Positions 1-12,560 of a stretch of 45,749 nt of DNA are shown here, piece after piece. Source of the DNA: Octopus bimaculoides (lineage: Eukaryota); NCBI RefSeq assembly GCF_001194135.2, contig NC_068982.1, forward strand, positions 105,468,088 through 105,513,836, given 5' to 3'. The position numbers were made by a program, and so were the translations under genes. The notes beneath the pieces are model-generated. The model saw only the letters and a list, made by a program, of their open reading frames with translations, made no database searches and had not been told where the DNA came from. Numbering within the stretch: position 1 is the first letter of the stretch; each line of letters starts with the position of its first letter.

Positions 1-164
1 AGCACCAGCAAAAGAAAAAAAAAAAGAAAAAAAAGATGAAGCAGAATGTAAAGGCAAAGATAAAATAACACACGGAGATGAGACGAGACGAGACGAGACG
101 AGATAAGAAGAGGAAGGATAATGAGGATGCAGAGGAAGAGGAAAAAGTGGAGTAAAGAGGAAGA

Positions 165-385
165 AGATGGTGACGAGGACGATGATGATGATGGTGGTGG
201 TGGTGGTGGTGGTGGTGGTGATGATGATGATGATGATGATGACGACGATAATGATGACACTGATGATGGTGGTGATAACAACGACGACAATGACAAGAAG
301 GACGACAACAACGATGACGCTGACGATGACGATGACGATGATGACGATGAGGAGGAGGAGGAGGAGGAGGAGGAGGAGGGGGGGG
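165..385. repeat. Compound (GAT/GGT/GAC/GAG)n microsatellite
   Basis: Direct reading. Confidence 0.9.
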
Positions 386-546
386 AATTAAACAGTATGG
401 CCAATGAAAGTGACATGGGGATTATTAGATATAAGTTTTTGAAAGAAGTAATATGATACTTAAAATACAAATTGAAACGTGGTTTTCATAAAGGCTGACA
501 TTAATATACATCCATGCATATGTACATACATACCTACATACATACC

Positions 547-578
<32 letters not shown>

Positions 579-599
579 TGCACACACATACCCTCCCCA

Positions 600-635
<36 letters not shown>

Positions 636-1014
636 AAGGGATAGATAATATATAGACAGGGAGAGAGAGAAAGAGAGAGAGAGAGTCCAAATATTTGAAT
701 GTATGCTGAGAGATTGTCTTAGCCTGTTTACCTTCAGACAGTTGATTTCTGTAGTTATCATCAGTGTATTTAGGCGATTTAAATGGTAATTTTGACTGTT
801 ATTTCCAGCAAGTAGACATACTTAGTATGTCCTTTGATTAACTTTAATCCTTCAGCTATTTGATGCTTTTCTAGGGCCTGCAATTGCCTATATTATTGAT
901 TCTGTTATTATCATTTTTAAATTATTACACTAGATAGTAATAGAGTCAATGATATCTTCGCAAATATTTCCTCCTGAATTATTTGTTCCATATTGAAATT
1001 ATATATATATATAT

Positions 1015-1167
1015 CATCATCATCATCGTTTAACGTCCGCTTTCCATGCTAACATGGGCTGGACGATTTGACTGAGGACTGGTGAAACCGGATGGCAACA
1101 CCAGGCTCCAATCTGATTCGGCAGAGTTTCTACAGCTAGATGCCCTTCCTAATGCCAACCACTCAGA
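1015..1167 (-). mobile_element. SINE-like retroposon with RTE-type 3' tail, 5'-truncated
   Basis: (CAT)n-cgtttaacgtccgctttccatgc...gatgcccttcctaatgccaacc. The tail ggttggcgttaggaagggcatcc is typical of RTE-clade 3' UTRs. Confidence 0.85.
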
Positions 1168-1515
1168 CAAATAATATATGAGTATATGCATATATACGTA
1201 CATGTATGTACATACCTACATCTACATGTATATATAGATGCATATCTGGTACAGGACGTTGCAAAAAAAATGTGGACAAAATGATAAACAGAGTACAGAA
1301 AACACACAGGCCACATAGAGAACATTTCCTTCATCAGCTGCCACCATTCTAAAACTAAGCTTTTCAAAGAGCTATATACACATACACACACACAATATAT
1401 ATATATACATGCACAAACATATACACACATGCACACATACACACATATACATACATATGTACACACATGCATTTATGCACAACACAGTCTGTATTAAAAG
1501 AACCTAAGATAAACT

Positions 1516-1714
1516 TAATCCTTTAAACCAGCCGTATCTGACCTAAATATTCTATCTGTTCTATGTTCAAGTCAGCAAGGTCCAGCCTTTCACACTTACC
1601 CTACAATGTCATTGTAAAAATAAACAATCACATCATTGAAATCTCAAAGATGTGAGATTTTGCATGATTAATTCAAAACAATGTGATTAAATTTACATTT
1701 GCTAAAGAGTTTAA
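1516..1714. mobile_element. TTAA-flanked MITE, family A
   Basis: Degenerate ends ttaatccttta and gctaaagagtttaa. An isolated matching end, gctaaagggttaa, occurs at about 3012-3024. Confidence 0.5.
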
Positions 1715-1728
1715 GTAAACTACAGTTT

Positions 1729-1889
1729 TTAAGCCTTTTCACTTTGGACTTCTGTTGAAATACGCAGTTCTTGTTTCAATTAATTTTGAAAATAATAAGA
1801 ATTTATCAAAATAACTTTGTCATTATTAGACTGGTCTTTGGAATAATAAATTACCATGAAATTCTGATGAAAGGTTTTAATTTAAAAAT
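1729..1889 (+). mobile_element. TTAA-flanked MITE, family B, truncated by a SINE
   Basis: tctgttgaaatac...ttgtttcaattaattttgaaaataataagaattt...aaataactttgtcattatt matches family B. Confidence 0.6.
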
Positions 1890-2255
1890 ATCGTTACCTG
1901 AGCGTGATCATTACCTGAGCGTGATCATTACCTGAGCATGATCGTTACCTGAGCATGATCGTTACCTGAGCGTGATGGTTACCAACGTCACCCTCCTGGC
2001 ACGTGAAAAGACATTTGAGCGAGTTCATTGCCAGTACCGCTGGCATAAACCATTTCGAGCGTGGCCATTGCACGTAAAAGCACGTAAAAGCACCCACTAC
2101 ACTCTTGGAGTGGTTGGCGTTAGGAAGGGCATCCAGCAGTAGAAACTCTGCCAAATCAGATTGGAGCCTGGTGTAGCCATCTGGTTCACCAGTCCTCAGT
2201 CAAGTCGTCCAACCCATGCTAGCATGGAAAGCAGACGTTAAACGATAATGATAAC
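1890..2255 (+). mobile_element. RTE-tail SINE-like copy with 5 x 17-bp tandem repeat at its 5' end
   Basis: Ends catggaaagcagacgttaaacgataatgat; begins (atcgttacctgagcgtg)x5. Confidence 0.85.
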
Positions 2256-2809
2256 AGAGGTAGTATTAATACCGAGAGCCAATATTTATCTCCACTTAAA
2301 ATGTGGATGTTCTGTTAGATTCTGTTAGTTCAACAGAACATTCAAGTTTAAATGAGGATAAATATTACTTCTCAGCACCAGCATAGCTTAAGGGTGGGGT
2401 GTAGGGGGTGGCACTTTTAAACGGGGCGGCACTTTTGGGNNNNNNNNNNNNNNNNNNNNNNNNNNNNNNNNNNNNNNNNNNNNNNNNNNNNNNNNNNNNN
2501 NNNNNNNNNNNNNNNNNNNNNNNNNNNNNNNNNNNNNNNNNNNNNNNNNNNNNNNNNNNNNNNNNNNNNNNNNNNNNNNNNNNNNNNNNNNNNNNNNNNN
2601 NNNNNNNNNNNNNNNNNNNNNNNNNNNNNNNNNNNNNNNNNNNNNNNNNNNNNNNNNNNNNNNNNNNNNNNNNNNNNNNNNNNNNNNNNNNNNNNNNNNN
2701 NNNNNNNNTTGTAAGATACAGAAATAAATTTATTTCTCAAACGCGTGATAATGCTATAAATAGCGTGATCAGGATAAATTATCCATTTATTGCAGAAAAA
2801 TACGCTACT

Positions 2810-2881
2810 GGCCAGCCACGAGACTCGAACTCACATCTCTGTGATTACGCGTCAAGTGTTTTACCATTAAACTAAACTGCC
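2810..2881 (-). pseudogene. tRNA-Thr(CGT)-like degenerate tRNA or SINE head
   Basis: 72-nt cloverleaf: acceptor GGCAGTT/GGCTGGC (6/7), D stem GTTT/AAAC, anticodon loop CGCGTAA (lacks U33; stem only 3/5), T arm GTGAG-TTCGAGT-CTCGT. A T5 run lies at 2796-2800 downstream. Confidence 0.5.
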
Positions 2882-3749
2882 CAGCAAAGAATTCTTCTGC
2901 AATTTGAGAACTTATAAATTTAGCTTCATAAGATGCTAACGTTAAATTCAACTTTACGATGGAAGTAAACAAACAAAGTTAGAACCACAAGTGGCTTCAG
3001 GTGAGTTAATGGCTAAAGGGTTAAACAGATGTGTAATCCATCTTGAACGAACCTATGCATCTAAACAGATGCGTAATCCATCTACAGAAGATATAAAAGA
3101 AGTTATCCTGACATATTTCAAATTAGAAAGAGAAAGACAAAATGTATTCACATCTGTTTAAAGTTCTACAAGGAAAAATTCTAGTTTATTTAAATTTATC
3201 TTAACTCTTTTCTAATACATGCTGTGTTGCACATAAATATTTATTAATAATTTGATTACACTACTAGTTCTAGTTTATGCTTGATTTGCTGGAAGTTTTC
3301 TTAATTGGCAAAGTAATGGAACGAATAATTGTGCTCTTATGAGTGGTTAATGAACTGTGAAACATTTCAAGACAGTTTTCTTTATTGTTCTGTGTATGAA
3401 GAGAATAAGATATATTTCGCATTTGGTTAAAGTTGTAGAGTTTAACAGTTAAAAGCAATAGGTTAACAACTTAAAATTGATCTCTGTCTGTGTCATAAGA
3501 TAATTTGTCAGTGATAGTTATACTCATCTAATGAGTCAACAGCCATGTTTAGAGCAACTGACCAAATCTGTGGCTTGAGTAAGGTTCAAGTTAGATTGAA
3601 GATGGAAGAGCAGAGACATAGACAGAGCTATAAAAGCAAAGAGTCATGGAAAGACAGAAAGGAAAGGGTAGCAGAGACTATATGAGTTAGCAAGAAGAAA
3701 AGGTAAATAACAGGTGGTGGTAGTGGTGATGATGATGATAGCTCCAAAG

Positions 3750-3978
3750 AATAATATTCTTTTCTACTCTAGGTGCAAGGTCCGAAATTTTTGAGGAGAG
3801 GGCCATTGATTAGATCATTAGATCGACCCCAGTATGCAACTGGTACTTAATTTATCGACCCCGAAAGAATGAAAGCAAAGTCGACCTCGGCAGAATTTGA
3901 ACTCAGTATGTAAAGACAGACAAAATACCTCTAAGTATTTTGCCTGGCATGCTAACGTTTCTGCCAGCTTGCTGCCTT
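3750..3978 (-). mobile_element. tRNA-derived SINE with conserved (Meta/CORE-like) central domain
   Basis: Minus strand: ggcagcaagctggcagaaacgttagc head, ctgagttcaaattc B-box, then tttcattctttcggggtcgataaattaagtaccag. Diverged relatives at about 7860-8050 and 26080-26240. Confidence 0.75.
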
Positions 3979-4689
3979 TTTCAAAGAATAATATCAATAT
4001 TATATGTAGACTTATAGTTTCAGATTTGTATTGGTAAGGTCAAATAAACTGCATGATGTGTCTTTTCCCCACAAACCATTGATGATGTATGCAAAGAGGA
4101 AATGTTTTTAACAAAACAGCAAACGCTGGTTGTGGATGCCACTTGATGGAAGCTTACCTCTTCTTTACAAAACTTGCTATGACAAGAGGAACAAACTACT
4201 GACAAAGAAAAAAAGAATGTACAACAAATACAACAACAATGACAAAAAAAAAAATAACAATCAACTTAAAAAATATAGTAAAAAAATAATAAATAAATCT
4301 TTATGTGAGTTTAAACTACGTATTTCTATTTCTATTGCTTTTTCTAGAATTAATTTGACAATCATAGAGAGGAAAAAAATTCTTTAACTTAAATTCCATT
4401 CTATCTCTATTTGAATGATGTAACATCAAATTTCTTTAATGTGTAGCTCTGTTTAGAGAACTTCTTTTGTCTTTTTCTGTTCGAAACATCACATCTTGTT
4501 TCCTCTGGCTTTTGTAATAGTTTCCTTAAAAAAAACGATGTTTACGTGGTTTTGGCAAATTGAGTTGCTTTGCAATATTAAATTACAACACAAGAGTTTG
4601 AGATATGGTTGGTGCTATTGATATCGACTCTGATAATATTACTGCTGCTGCTGCTGCAGTTGCTGCTATTGTTGTTGATGTCATTGCTT

Positions 4690-4696
4690 ATATCAC

Positions 4697-4751
<55 letters not shown>

Positions 4752-4811
4752 GTTATCATCATCATCATTGTCATCATCATCATGATCGTCATCATCATCA
4801 CCACCATCATC

Positions 4812-4865
<54 letters not shown>

Positions 4866-4947
4866 GTTATCATCATCATCGTCATCGTCATCATCATCAT
4901 CATCATCGTCGTCGTCGTCGTCATCATTATCATCATCATCATCATCG

Positions 4948-4983
<36 letters not shown>

Positions 4984-5124
4984 GCGTCATCATCGACATC
5001 GTCGTCTTCGTCATCATCGTCATCATCATCATCATCATCATCACGAGCATCACCACCATTATTGTCATCATTGTCATTGTTGTCAATGTCATCCTCCCCA
5101 TTATTGTCGTCAGCTTTGTCAGTG

Positions 5125-5156
<32 letters not shown>

Positions 5157-5215
5157 GTCATCGTCATCGTCATCATCATCACCACCATCACCATCATGAT
5201 TATCATCATTATCAT
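4690..5215. repeat. Imperfect (CAT)n microsatellite, about 530 bp
   Basis: Direct reading. Confidence 0.95.
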
Positions 5216-5628
5216 TGTAATGCTGCTATTGATTTGTAAAGGTGGAATTAAGATGAAATAAAAAAATAAAAAAATAAAAAGTTGAAATGCTTTGCAGCTA
5301 TTATTTTCAGAGTAAACATCTATTTCATCTTAGTTTTGCAATCAATACTCGGATTGCACTGCATCCATNNNNNNNNNNNNNNNNNNNNNNNNNNNNNNNN
5401 NNNNNNNNNNNNNNNNNNNNNNNNNNNNNNNNNNNNNNNNNNNNNNNNNNNNNNNNNNNNNNNNNNNNNNNNNNNNNNNNNNNNNNNNNNNNNNNNNNNN
5501 NNNNNNNNNNNNNNNNNNNNNNNNNNNNNNNNNNNNNNNNNNNNNNNNNNNNNNNNNNNNNNNNNNNNNNNNNNNNNNNNNNNNNNNNNNNNNNNNNNNN
5601 NNNNNNNNNNNNNNNNNNNNNNNNNNNN

Positions 5629-5905
5629 TGGAGGAGGAGGAGGAGGAGGAGGATGAGGAGGAGGAGGAAGAGGAGGAGAAGACGAAGGAGGAGGAGAAGA
5701 CGAAGGGGGAGGAGGAGAAGACGAAGGGGGAGGAGGAGAAGACGAAGGAGGAGAAGACGAAGGAGGAGGAGGAGGAGGAGAAGACGAAGGAGGAAGAGGG
5801 GAAGACGAAGGAGGAAGAGGAGGGGAAGACGAAGGAGGAGGAGGAGAAGACGAAGGAGGAAGAGGAGGAGAAGATGAAGGAGGAGAAGACGATGGAGGAG
5901 GAGGT
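5629..5905. repeat. Polypurine (GAG/GAAGAC) low-complexity tract
   Basis: Direct reading. Confidence 0.95.
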
Positions 5906-6289
5906 ATCATTATTTGGATTGGAATTCAGTGCATGCTTTGATAACATAAACTGGAAGGTTGCTGTAAGAGGGAGAGAGAGAGAGAGGAGGAGGGAAAGAG
6001 AGAGAGAGAGAGGGGGAGAAAGGGAGAGAGAAAGTTGATTTGGACAGGATTACAATTCAGGAAATAGAAAAGCGAAACTAAATATGGCAGGACATTTTAT
6101 TTCAGGAATTTACTCATTTAATCCCCACCACCATCGCCACAATCGCTACCACCACCATTGCCACCACTACCTTCTTGCCACCACCATCACTACACTGTCA
6201 CTACCACTGCCATCGTCACACACACCTCCATCTGCTCTTGCCCTTCTTTTTGTTGTTGTTGTTGTTGTTGCTGATATTATTATTATTAT

Positions 6290-6832
6290 TATTATTCCTC
6301 CTCCTCTTTCTTCTCTTCTTCCTTCTCTTCCTCCTCTTTCTTCTCCTCTTCCTTCTCCTCCACTCCTTTTCGTCCTACTCCTCTATCTTCTCTTCCTTCT
6401 CTTCCTTCTCTTCCTCTTCCTTTCCTCCTCTTCCTTTTCCCTATTTCTTCTCCCCATTCTCCAGCTCCTCTTCCTTCTCCTATTCCTCTTCCTCCCCTCC
6501 TCTCCCCTGCCCCTATTCCTCTTCCTTCTACTGCTCTTTTTCCTCCACCCCTCCACCTCCTCTTCCCCTTCTTCTTCCTCCTCCTCCTCCTATTCCCCTT
6601 CCTTCTACTCTTCCTTCTCCTCCTCTTCCTATTTCTCCACTCCTCCACCGTCTCTTCCCCTTCTTCCTCTTCTTCTTCTTCCTCTTCTTCTCCTTCCTCT
6701 TCTTCTTCTTCCTCTTCTTCTTCTTCTTCCTCTTCTTCTTCTTCCTCTTCTTCTTCTTCCTCTTCTTCTTCTTCCTCTTCTTCTTCTTCTTCCTCTTCTT
6801 CCTCTTCCCCTTCTTCTTCTTCCCCTTCTTCT

Positions 6833-6865
<33 letters not shown>

Positions 6866-7810
6866 ACTTCTTCCTCTTCTTCTACTTCTTCCTCTTCTTC
6901 TTCTTCTTCCTCTTCTTCTTCTTCCTCTTCTTCTTTCTCCTCCTCCTCCTCCTCCTCCTCCTCCTATTCCCCTTCCTTCTACTCTTCCTTTTCCTCCTCT
7001 TCCTATTCCCATTTCTCCACCCCTCCACCGTCTCTTCCCCTTCTTCTTTCTCCTCTTCCCTCTACTGCTCTTCCTTTTACTCCTCTCTTCCTCCTTCCCT
7101 TCTTCCTCTTCCTCTTCCTCCTCCACTTCTTTATCTGTCTCCATCTCTTCCTCTTTTTTCTCTGTCTCCTCCTCCTCCTCCTCTGATACCTATTCCTCCT
7201 CTACCACCTCATACTCCTCTACAGCCACCTTCTCTACCACTTCTTCCTCCTCCTCCTCTACCATCTTCTCCCCTATCACCACTTCCTCCTCTGCCATTTC
7301 CTCCTCCTCCTCTACCACCCTATCCTCCGCTTCCACCTGCTCCTCTTCTACCACCTCCTTCTCTACTGCCACCTCATCCTCTGCCACTTCCTCTTCATCC
7401 TAATTTTCCTCCTCCTCTACCACCTCCTCATCCTTTACCACCTCTCTCCTCCCCTACCTCCTCTCTTCCCCTACCACCTCCTCTTCCCTCCTCCTCTATC
7501 ACCTCCTCTACCACCTCTTCTTTCTTCCTCCTCCACCACCTCTTCTTCCTCCTCTACCACCTCCTCTTCCTCATCCCTCCTTCCCCTCCTCTTCCTCCTT
7601 TCTCCTTCCCCTCCTCTTCCTCCTTTCTCCTTCCCCTCCTCTTCCTCCTTTCTCCTTCCCCTCCTCTTCCTCCTTTCTCCTTCCCCTCCTCTTCCTCCTT
7701 TCTCCTTCCCCTCCTCTTCCTCCTTTCTCCTTCCCCTCCTCTTCCTCCTTTCTCCTTCCCCTCCTCTTCCTCCTTTCTCCTCCCCCCCCCACCTCCATCT
7801 CCACCTTTAA
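6290..7810. repeat. 1.5-kb polypyrimidine low-complexity tract (CTT/CCT based)
   Basis: Almost no G on the + strand; internal higher-order duplication (about 6590-6670 vs 6963-7050). Confidence 0.95.
7579..7778. repeat. 25-bp perfect tandem repeat x8 (ccttcccctcctcttcctcctttct)
   Basis: Counted directly. Confidence 0.95.
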
Positions 7811-8484
7811 CATATCAATATTTTTGAAAAAGCATAAATATAATTTCTAATTCATGCACAAGGCCAGTAATTTTAAGAGAAGGGGTTTACTTGATTTCAT
7901 CAACCTTAGTACTTGACTGGCATTTTATCTCATTGGCCCCAGCAACTTTATTTTATTGGCCTTAGTAGAATTTGAATTCAAAATATAAAATACTTTAGCT
8001 AAATAGCCCAAAACATTTTGTTTGCTATGCTAACGATTTTGTCAACCCATGTTCTCAGCATAAACATAATGGCATCTATAAATCTAGGAAGGTCTTGTGC
8101 TCATGTAAAGAAAATCAATAACATAGAGTGATTTATATTTATTATAAACTACTCCTTTTTTTACTGATTTTTAAAATATTTTATTTATAGAAAATAGAGG
8201 AAATCTTGAATGCAGAATAGCTCTGGAAAACCAACTTAGCAAATTTTTTTCCCCATCTTTTAAGGGTATTTATCTGATCTTCTAAGCTGTTTTCACAGCT
8301 ATTCTGCATTTGAGATTTCTTCTACCTTCTGTAAAATATCAACTCTCTCAGCACTTCAAAGTTTCTTTATAAAAATGTTTCCACATTTTATTCATTTTTT
8401 TCTTCTAAAAACAATGTTATTGATTTTTTAAGGTTAAAGATTATTTTTTGTTCTAAATAAGCAATGATATTAAATCTAAAACAT

Positions 8485-8677
8485 TAACCTTTTTGTTGTG
8501 ATATTTCAGTTGAAATATACTGCCTTTGTTTCAATTTATTTTGAAAATAATGAAAAATCTACTTAAATAACTTAGTCCTTATTGAGCTGCTGTTTTAGAA
8601 CATAAATTAGCACAAAATTTTAGTAGAAGGTTTTAGTTTAGATTATTTTAAATTAGGAAGAACTAGCTTCAGCAGTA
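8485..8677 (+). mobile_element. TTAA-flanked MITE, family B, truncated by a SINE
   Basis: ttaacctttttgttgtgatatttcagttgaaatatactgcctttgtttcaa... aligns by eye with the other family B copies. Confidence 0.6.
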
Positions 8678-8994
8678 CATCATCATCATCATCATCATTT
8701 AACGTCTGCTTTCCATGCTGGCTTGGGTTGGATGGTTTGACTGAGGACTGGCGAGCCAGATGGCTGCACCAGGCTCCAATCTGATCTGGCAGAGTTTCTA
8801 CAGCTGGATGCCCTTCCGAGAGTGTAGTGGGTGCTTTTACGTGCCACCGGCATGAGGGCCAGTCAGGCGGTACTGGCTATGGCCATGCTCAAATGGTGTT
8901 TTTTACATGCCACCTGCACAGGAGCCAGTTCAGCGGCACTGGCAACAACCCCACTCAATGTTGTTTTTCACATGCCACCGGCACAAGTGCCAGT
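8678..8994 (-). mobile_element. RTE-tail SINE-like copy (runs into gap)
   Basis: Same family as 1015-1167. Confidence 0.85.
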
Positions 8995-9341
8995 NNNNNN
9001 NNNNNNNNNNNNNNNNNNNNNNNNNNNNNNNNNNNNNNNNNNNNNNNNNNNNNNNNNNNGGAGGAGGAGGAGGCGATTGTGTTGTATTCTGACTTGTAAA
9101 AGTGTTCAGAAATTTACTGAAAGGTAATGAACTGTACCAATGGATTATAAAGTTTAGTGAAATATGCAATTGACTGTTAAGTACAATCATGATGGTCATC
9201 AGCAGAACACCCTGAAATAGCTTACAAAGTGATGAACAATTTACTCAACATCAGTCTTGATTGAGCCAACCCATGATGAAAGACATTCCAGCCATGGTCT
9301 ACTGGCTTTCTTAACATTTTCAGTAATTTTGTGCTTTCAAT

Positions 9342-9642
9342 CAGTGCTACTCAAAGTGGTGGTCCACAGACTGGTGCTGGTCCGTGAGCCATCAGCTGCC
9401 AGTATGCAGTGAGTTTCCAGAAAGGAAAGAAACATTATAAAATGCTTATAAAATGTTTATGTAATATTGTATTATTTGTTTACAAAATGAATATAAAATT
9501 TAAAAAATTGTCAACTTTTATTATATTCATTAAATATATTTTTTCCAGTATAAATTAACATTACTAAGAAATATTACTGGTTCCTGGCACACTGGAAAAA
9601 AAAACTGCCGGTATGCCACATCAGATAGTTTGAGAAGCACCG
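9342..9642. mobile_element. hAT (Charlie/MER5-type) MITE
   Basis: TIRs cagtgctactcaaa and tttgagaagcaccg; degenerate 8-bp flanks ctttcaat/ccttagat. Confidence 0.7.
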
Positions 9643-9987
9643 CCTTAGATTATATTATCCAGTCTATCCTGGGTGATTTTATAGAGGTTAGGTCACTATT
9701 TCTAGCTGGTCAGAAGACCCTGTAGTGACTCTCTCATTGACTCAAAACTTCTTTAACTGATAAACTAGTACCTCACTTAATTGGCCTGATTAAACTCCAC
9801 AAGTGTTCTAATTAACCCTTCCATGATATGTTTCTGATGAAATATATTGCCTACGAGTTTCATTTAATGTTTTTAAATACTCAACAATGTGGAGGGCTTC
9901 ATTAGATAATTAACTTTCCCATTATTAAGCTAGTCTTTGAAATACAACTTAATAACAGGCTTTCACAGGAAATTATAATGGGAGGTT

Positions 9988-10208
9988 TTAATCCTTTTGT
10001 TGTCATTTTTCTGTTGAAATACACTGCTTTTATTTAAAGTAAATTTTAAAACAATGAATTTATTAAAATAACCTTGTTATCATTAATCAAGTGTTTAAAC
10101 ATAAATTAATGTAAATAATGGAAGGTTTTAATTTAGATCACTTAAAGACAAGAAATATGTCTCATAGACTTAAGGGTGATGCTAGATGTATTAGTATCCA
10201 AGGGTTAA
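9988..10208 (+). mobile_element. TTAA-flanked MITE, family B, complete diverged copy
   Basis: Starts ttaatccttttgt, ends gtatccaagggttaa (imperfect TIR plus TTAA). A partial tandem copy precedes it at about 9812-9987. Confidence 0.7.
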
Positions 10209-11227
10209 TTTTAAATATGCACATTTTAAAGCAGATTCTTTTAATCTTTTTTTTTTTATCACAGAAGCATGTTGATCTTTGACAAATGATATAGCAAAGG
10301 GTTAATAGGATAATATTTTCATTGGAAGTTTTTCAGTGACAAATTGTCATTAGGTGTACACCAATTATGGTATGCGACAAGTGAGTTTTGTTTGATTGAA
10401 AACAAAAGTCAGAGGTTCAAAAATAAATACCATTATAATTCTGACTAAAAATGACACCAACAGGCATACTGACATTTGCTTTCATGATTCAGCAGGGAGC
10501 CAGCTTATCATCATCATCATTCAGTGTTTTAAATCCTGGTTTTGCCCCTATTAACGGTGGGCTGGCTGGATCTGCCTCAATGCTATAGCAGTCAAGGTAG
10601 GCAGGTGCAGCTCACCCCAACCTTTGGGGGCTGGCTAGTGCCCATTCTCCTTTGCTATCATGAGGCTTCTTTGGAGCTGGATTTTCTATGGGGAGCATGC
10701 CCTTGCTTACTCCCAACCTCTGTTTCTAGACATGAATGGTCCCGAGACCAAGGCCTCAACCACGATTTTTAAGAAATGTGGTGGAAAACTATCTCAGGAA
10801 GGCAGGGACGCTACTCTCTGAGCCCCCCTTTGGAGCCCCCCTACCTATAATTCATTCAAACTATAATTCAGTCCTGCTGAGAGGACTGTTTGGGCACCAT
10901 CAAAGCTAGAGGTTGTGGCTTAATTTGATTCATCATGGAAAACTTACCTTGTCATAACACCAGTAGGGTTGACAGATTGATAGTTCTCTTTTGAGATTTG
11001 GTGAGTGGCTGTTCTTAGTTGGTGAAGTGATCTGTTTGAGAATAACATTATATTAAGAAAACCTTTGAGCAAGCATTTTACTGTCAAAGTTAATTAAGGA
11101 AGATTTTCTCTACTACAGGAGACCTGTTCCTGTCTTTCTCTCATAATTTAACTTTTCATCACCTAGCATAAGACCACTTCAATACTACATCCCTGCTCGA
11201 AGGGTCCTGTCTTGCTTGATGATCTAC

Positions 11228-11400
11228 TTGTGCTGGGCATGTATAAAGCACCCAGTGCACCCTGTTGGAGTTAGGAAGAGCATCCAGCTGCCAAAACAGA
11301 CATTGGACCCTAGTGCAATCCCCTGATTCATTGGCTCCTGTTCAAGCACACAACTCATGATGCATGGAAAACGGACGTAAAGTGGTAAAGATGATGTTGA
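11228..11400 (+). mobile_element. Older RTE-tail SINE-like copy with expanded tail
   Basis: aagcacccagtgcacc...ttaggaagagcatccagc...gcatggaaaacggacgtaaag then (GAT)n. Confidence 0.65.
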
Positions 11401-11700
11401 TGATGGTGATGATGGTGATGATGGTGATGACGACGACAACGACGACAATGATGATGATGAATGATGATGATGATGACGATGATGACGACAACGATGACAA
11501 TGATGATGATGATAACGATGATAACGTTGATGATGATGATGGTGATGACGACAACGACAATGACGATGGTAATGATGACAACGACAACGATGAGGATGAC
11601 CGTGGTGGTGGTGGTGGTGGTGGTGGTGGTGATGACGATGATGGAGATGATGACGATGATGGTGACGACGATGACAATGACGATGACAATGACGATGATA
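11390..11700. repeat. Compound (GAT/GAC/GGT)n microsatellite
   Basis: Direct reading; continuous with the SINE tail. Confidence 0.9.
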
Positions 11701-12199
11701 GTGAATCTCACAACTCATCCTTTTCATTTCATTATGCATCGGATGCCTATGTAAGAAATCATTAAGATAAGAATGAGATAAATTCTCCATATATTAGACA
11801 GTGTCTAGTGTATAGATGTTGTGAAAGTAGTTGGTTATGTGTACATTAAGTGCTTGCTCGATCACAGCTGGTACAGCAACAACAACAACAACAACATCCT
11901 GATTGTTTGTACTGTATTCTTGCAGCATCAGGTGTTACCAACAATAAATGTAAAGCAGATCGAAATGTTTGAAATACTAATCTTGTTTCCCTTTTGTATA
12001 AATGATGCCAAGAGGAGGAGCAGCATTTCACAGCTTTAGGTGTCGGAGGCATGTGCGTTGAGATGAATTTATTTAGTGAAGGAAAAAAAAAAATGCTTTA
12101 TAAGCGAAGTTGTCATCTGGATATTTGTGCTGAGTACAACTAGAATGACTTTGACTTACAATACTGTCGCTGTGAACAACCCCCCCACCCTGCTGATGG

Positions 12200-12473
12200 C
12201 ATCATCAACACCACCACCACCACCACCACCACCACCACCACCATCTCCCCCACATCTCCTCCACCACCACCATCTCATCCCACATCTCCTCCACCATCTC
12301 CCCACCACCACCACCACTACCACCACCACTACCACCAAAACCACCACCACCACCACCACCACTGTCACCGCTGCCACTGCTGCTGCTGCTGCTGCTACCT
12401 CACCTCCACCATCTCCACTGCCACTGCTGCCAATAACAATTTCATCATTGGCATCGTTGTTGTTGCTGTCACT

Positions 12474-12540
<67 letters not shown>

Positions 12541-12560
12541 ACAGCATCATCATCATTGTC
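12200..12560. repeat. Compound (CAC/CTG/CAT)n microsatellite
   Basis: Direct reading. Confidence 0.9.

Noticed and set aside
1325-1375. CTGATGA and GAAA on the minus strand near (TA/CA)n
   Set aside because: The order is GAAA before CTGATGA, and I could not build helices II and III, so it is not a credible hammerhead. Other CTGATGA hits (1864, 9835, 19956, 20469, 31179, 33934) also lack a paired GAAA and stems.
121-7827. Long ORFs in the track (e.g. 6084-7403, 6175-7827, 4605-5261, 5320-5910) encoding poly-D/I/M/P/S/R/L
   Set aside because: They are open only because trinucleotide and polypyrimidine repeats lack stops; they are open in several frames and both strands and have no domain content.
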